Shown piece by piece: positions 60,231 through 64,000 of a stretch of DNA of 64,000 bases; positions within the stretch are counted from its first letter, which is position 1; every line of letters begins with the position of its first letter. Made by a program: the position numbers and the translations under genes. This DNA is from Bugula neritina. Its lineage: Eukaryota > Animalia > Bryozoa. The notes below the pieces were generated by a model. It worked only from the letters and a program-made list of their open reading frames with translations, made no database searches and was not told where the DNA came from. The stretch is from positions 24,613,504 through 24,677,503 of the forward strand of contig OZ037765.1 of NCBI GenBank assembly GCA_964035545.1, given 5' to 3'.

Positions 60231-61531
60231 AGGCAGGTAATAAGGATGTTTCTTCACTCCAGGAGTAATCTTCTCTTGCCATCTCTGTTATAAAATATAG
60301 CATACAGTACCATACAGCATGCATGTAAATTGTAAACTACTAATTAACCCTCATTTCTGTTTTTAATTGTGAGTAGCAATTATAACATATTACTTCAGTT
60401 TTGAATAGCTGATTTCAGCTACCACTATAAATATGGATAATTATGGCATACGTAGGATGGCCTGTTTACATTTGCTTCAACGGGTTTAAATTTATTGAGT
60501 TCTGGGTACAACAGCTAATCAAACAGTTATGGAAGCAATCCTGTAATCAATGAATAACTTGGTGTAACAGCCTAAGTAGTAAAAGTGAGAAAAAGTTACA
60601 CAAAAATTATTTTTAAAGTGCTGAATATAAGATATTTGGCATAGTGACACCAATCTAAAATGGTATTTCCCAAAGAGAAAACAGTTTATTGCCAGTCGAA
60701 TTGCTTACTTGTATTTACACCTGAGCTTAATACTTAATACTTCATTCATTCAGCAACTAGCAAGCAGTTAATGGCATCAGATAGTCTGCAGTATACGTTG
60801 CAATACCAAGAAACACCCGCAAGTATCTTAGTTGCCTCTCAAAGTCCTTCTCAAGTGTTCAGCTGTCAAATATTAGACTAGTCCTGAGTTAGAATGTACA
60901 GCCTTGTGTTGGAGATGCAGGCACCAATGGTTTGTCATAATATTACAATCACAGTCCTGAGTTCTGTCTACTCTACATTAATTAATCCTAAAGAGTTACG
61001 ATATGGTACTAGCAATCTGTTTCAATCAATATCCATGAATATACATGTATGAATATATTAATTATGACATACAATAATGTAGATTGCTGTTAGATGCATA
61101 ATCGTAATGACTTTATAGTATGGCTAGTGTGAGAAAAAAATACTAGTTGAGGTGTATAAAGTAGCTTTAGCATTTTTGTCTATGTATAGCTACAGTGTTT
61201 AGCTGTAACTTGCTAAGCCAAAATTAGCAATTCGAAAATGCAGACATTTCACTTAAATTGACCAATTCTTATGTATGTATCAGTTTAGAAAAAAATAAAA
61301 ATACAACAAATGATATCTAATAGCTTCGCAATTTATGATGTTTATAGTATAGCATATGGTTAGCTGAAAGAGATATGCATATATAGCAGGAGCTAAAATA
61401 AGTCAACTTCTCGATTGAAATAGTAACATCTGTCACAACTTCATAAATTGAATTTTCCTATTAGCCCAACAAGATCATGGTTGGCGAGTTGCAAGTAGTT
61501 GTTGCATGAGAACACACCAACTGCATATTAA

Positions 61532-61541
61532 CCAATAATGG
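61532..61541. promoter_or_regulatory. CArG box (SRF) upstream of mir-1/133
   Basis: CCAATAATGG = CC(A/T)6GG. Confidence 0.35.
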
Positions 61542-62828
61542 GAACACTTGCCTTCATTATAGTGCGCGAGGACTATAACAAATGGAGTCTACTATGACTT
61601 ATGGAAGGCAAATGCTAAATATTCCCATTACACATGTATGGTCTACTATAGATTTCATTTTAACCAAATAAGATGTAGGTAGTATATTGGGCACCATAAT
61701 AGAAGCTGAGTTAAAACAGCACAGGACCTGCTCAATTGCTGGAGTTTAGGGCAAAATCGTAGATTATAAATTGACTTTTAATAATAGACTGGCAGTTATA
61801 AATCGAATGTTTCAGTTCAAAAGTTACTATGAAACTAATTTTAACTAAAGTTGATTAGTTCAAGCTTGAATATAGAAAGTACTTAAACCAGCCATTCTTT
61901 GTAAGAGTTATTCTATCTTGCATTTATAACCCTCGAACTGAGCTCAAAGTCATAATATTATTTTGAATAGTATATATATCAATATTTTATCTTTGATTGC
62001 ACAAATATTTTTACTTATAAGGAATTTGCTTTTAAATGAAATGCATTTCGTTTATTCATGATGAAATATGGCCGTATGTTTTTAACTCACTGTTTATCCC
62101 CTCTTCTAATAATAGAGTGGAATATAACTGTATTTTCTGTTTACAAAAGACTTGAAAGGGCAGTTTTTATAGCTAAGTTTGCTGTTAATTCTGGATTCTA
62201 CAAATTACATGTATGTAAAAGCAGTATTAAAAATCAGTGCTACTCTGGTTGTTGAAATAAGAGTAGCAACTTATAGCTCATCCTTCTGCAACTTTGAGTT
62301 GAGCTGGAATCTAATCAACATAATATTATTAATATAATGCCATTGATTGATCAGCGAATATTTGCCTCACAGTACAGCTTATATCATTGTATGAGTTTGA
62401 ACTATTATATTCTTGTTGAACTGAATATATTATGCAATTATGATACACTGTTGGGCCATCAGCATGCTAATGAAATAAAAAAGGTCAAAAATCAGAAGGA
62501 GTTTAACTTTTTCTTGTAAGCTCCTGTTGAAAATATGTGTAATGAAATTTCAAACTTTTCAAGTAAGGTTTGGTACAAATTTATCAAAATATTTCCTTTA
62601 AAAAATTATTCGTAATAATCTAAATCTTACAAATTACTATCAGTCTGTCCACAGTCTTTGTTTTAACTGACTTAAAATCAAGTCAAATAGATTGAAATAA
62701 ACCTAGACTATTGGCCTAAATTCCCAAATAGAAAAATGATTAAACTACCAACCCTGTTGTACAAAATAACTGTACAATTCTACACCAAGTTTTTCCTACA
62801 CAAGCTTTTATTCCATATTAACTAATCA

Positions 62829-62851
62829 CTATAAATAGTAGCTAAAGATAG
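62829..62851. promoter_or_regulatory. MEF2 site plus adjacent near-consensus site upstream of mir-1/133
   Basis: CTATAAATAG (62829-62838, perfect YTAW4TAR) and CTAAAGATAG (62842-62851, one mismatch). Confidence 0.35.
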
Positions 62852-64000
62852 TTATATACAGATCCCTGCCTTTTTATTGGTACAAAAAGCCTAATTTTTA
62901 AACTATTTTAAAAAAGAAAAGTTTTATATTTTGTTGAGATGCAGCTAATGAAGATTATTTCTTAGAATAATATCGTTAAAAGATATGTAACAGGCAAATT
63001 TACACATAATCAAATTCGACAAGAAAACTGCTGTCAAGATTGATAAGTTGACATACACAAGCATCTGCAGTTCATTCCCATCATAATGTACTAAATGTTA
63101 ATTCCATCAAAGCTCTACACCACTAAATCAATATAGACCTACACTGTAGAACAAGTACTGCTTCAAGTGTTAGCTTTATCATGTGAAAGAAATATAAAGC
63201 AAATAATCTGTACATCATCCATCCATGTCAGCCTAAACTTAGTTATCTTCATTTCTTATACTGCAGGCAGTTCAAATATATGGTTAATTGCAAGAGTAGA
63301 GCATGAAATGAGCTTATAATAATATATTCAACAAGTTTTCACTGGCAAACTTGATCTATATAGACTTGTTTTGTGTAGTAATTCTTTTTTGGTATCTTTG
63401 AACTTAATTTTATTGAAATACCTAAACTTTTGTCTTCCATCTCAGCTGATAAATTGTTTCTAAGAAAATAAAATTACACATTGCAAGCCATTATTACGCA
63501 ACGTAGCAATTATACTAAACTGCATACTACCTTGCAACTGGTTGCAGGTTTTCAAAGTAAATAGTTCGCTTGCAGTCGATGCCCTGTGAATAAATTGCTG
63601 AACTGTTAAAACCAACATGCTACTTATTAAAGACTCTATTAGCGCATATCTCTACACAGCCCATGTAGAAAAAAGTATTTATGCCACATTTTAGTGTAAT
63701 AAAGCAATATAAAAAATGTTGATAATGAAAAATAGAAATCCCATGGTTTTGTTAGCGTTAATGATTTATATAAGTTAAGTTTTTTCCCACATCTAACTGT
63801 GGTCGTTTCTGAAATTTTTCAAACTTACTGTGTCAAGCTGTTGCTGAAACTACAAGTTATTGCATTGGGTATAACATATTGCTTACCTCTACAATACGAA
63901 GTACCACTGACCTTGTGACACATGTATGTTTTACTGTAGCCTTCCCATTGCCATGTTCTGACCACAATGACATCATATGTAGACTACACTGTGTGTGTCA

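Noticed and set aside
60147-60514. Spliced minus-strand reading frame LLYPELNKF...RWQEKITPG...AEIDS* running through the mir-1 hairpin
   Set aside because: No start codon or recognisable homology found; a stronger acceptor at about 60572 would introduce stops; the sequence is explained by the miRNA. A host micropeptide cannot be excluded without ribosome profiling.
63886-63985. Possible minus-strand exon (STYDVIVVRTWQWEGYSK...) ending at a GAG|GTAAGC donor
   Set aside because: At the window edge, with no recognisable motif and no consistent downstream exon chain; it may be a non-coding exon of the miRNA host.

Overview
AT-rich, gene-dense, intron-rich nuclear DNA from a bilaterian invertebrate (it carries mir-1/mir-133; species cannot be determined from the window). 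Exon chains were reconstructed by hand from GT-AG boundaries and protein motifs, so exon coordinates are approximate. Ten protein genes are supported: 3' part of a tetraspanin (+), mitochondrial-type BCAT (-), TMEM59 (+), SLX1 (-), ULK/Atg1 (-), AKAP1/spoonbill-like KH-Tudor (+), B3GLCT (-), ICAP1/ITGB1BP1-like PTB protein (-), prolyl 4-hydroxylase alpha (+, with a tandem mutually exclusive exon pair carrying the HxD iron ligands) and TMEM198 (+). A very compact mir-1/mir-133 cluster lies on the minus strand at about 60.1 kb. Mobile DNA includes a 1768-bp non-autonomous hAT element (14-bp TIR, 8-bp TSD) and several 22-56-bp hAT-like insertions, most with 8-bp TSDs. The most striking unexplained structure is a set of 0.1-2.2 kb islands at the 5' ends of 7 of the 9 genes whose 5' end is visible. 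They are built on a strand-symmetric 6-bp lattice (T-N-A followed by a variable triplet) and mostly flank CpG-retaining divergent promoter cores. Most long ORFs in the supplied track that fall in these islands are spurious.
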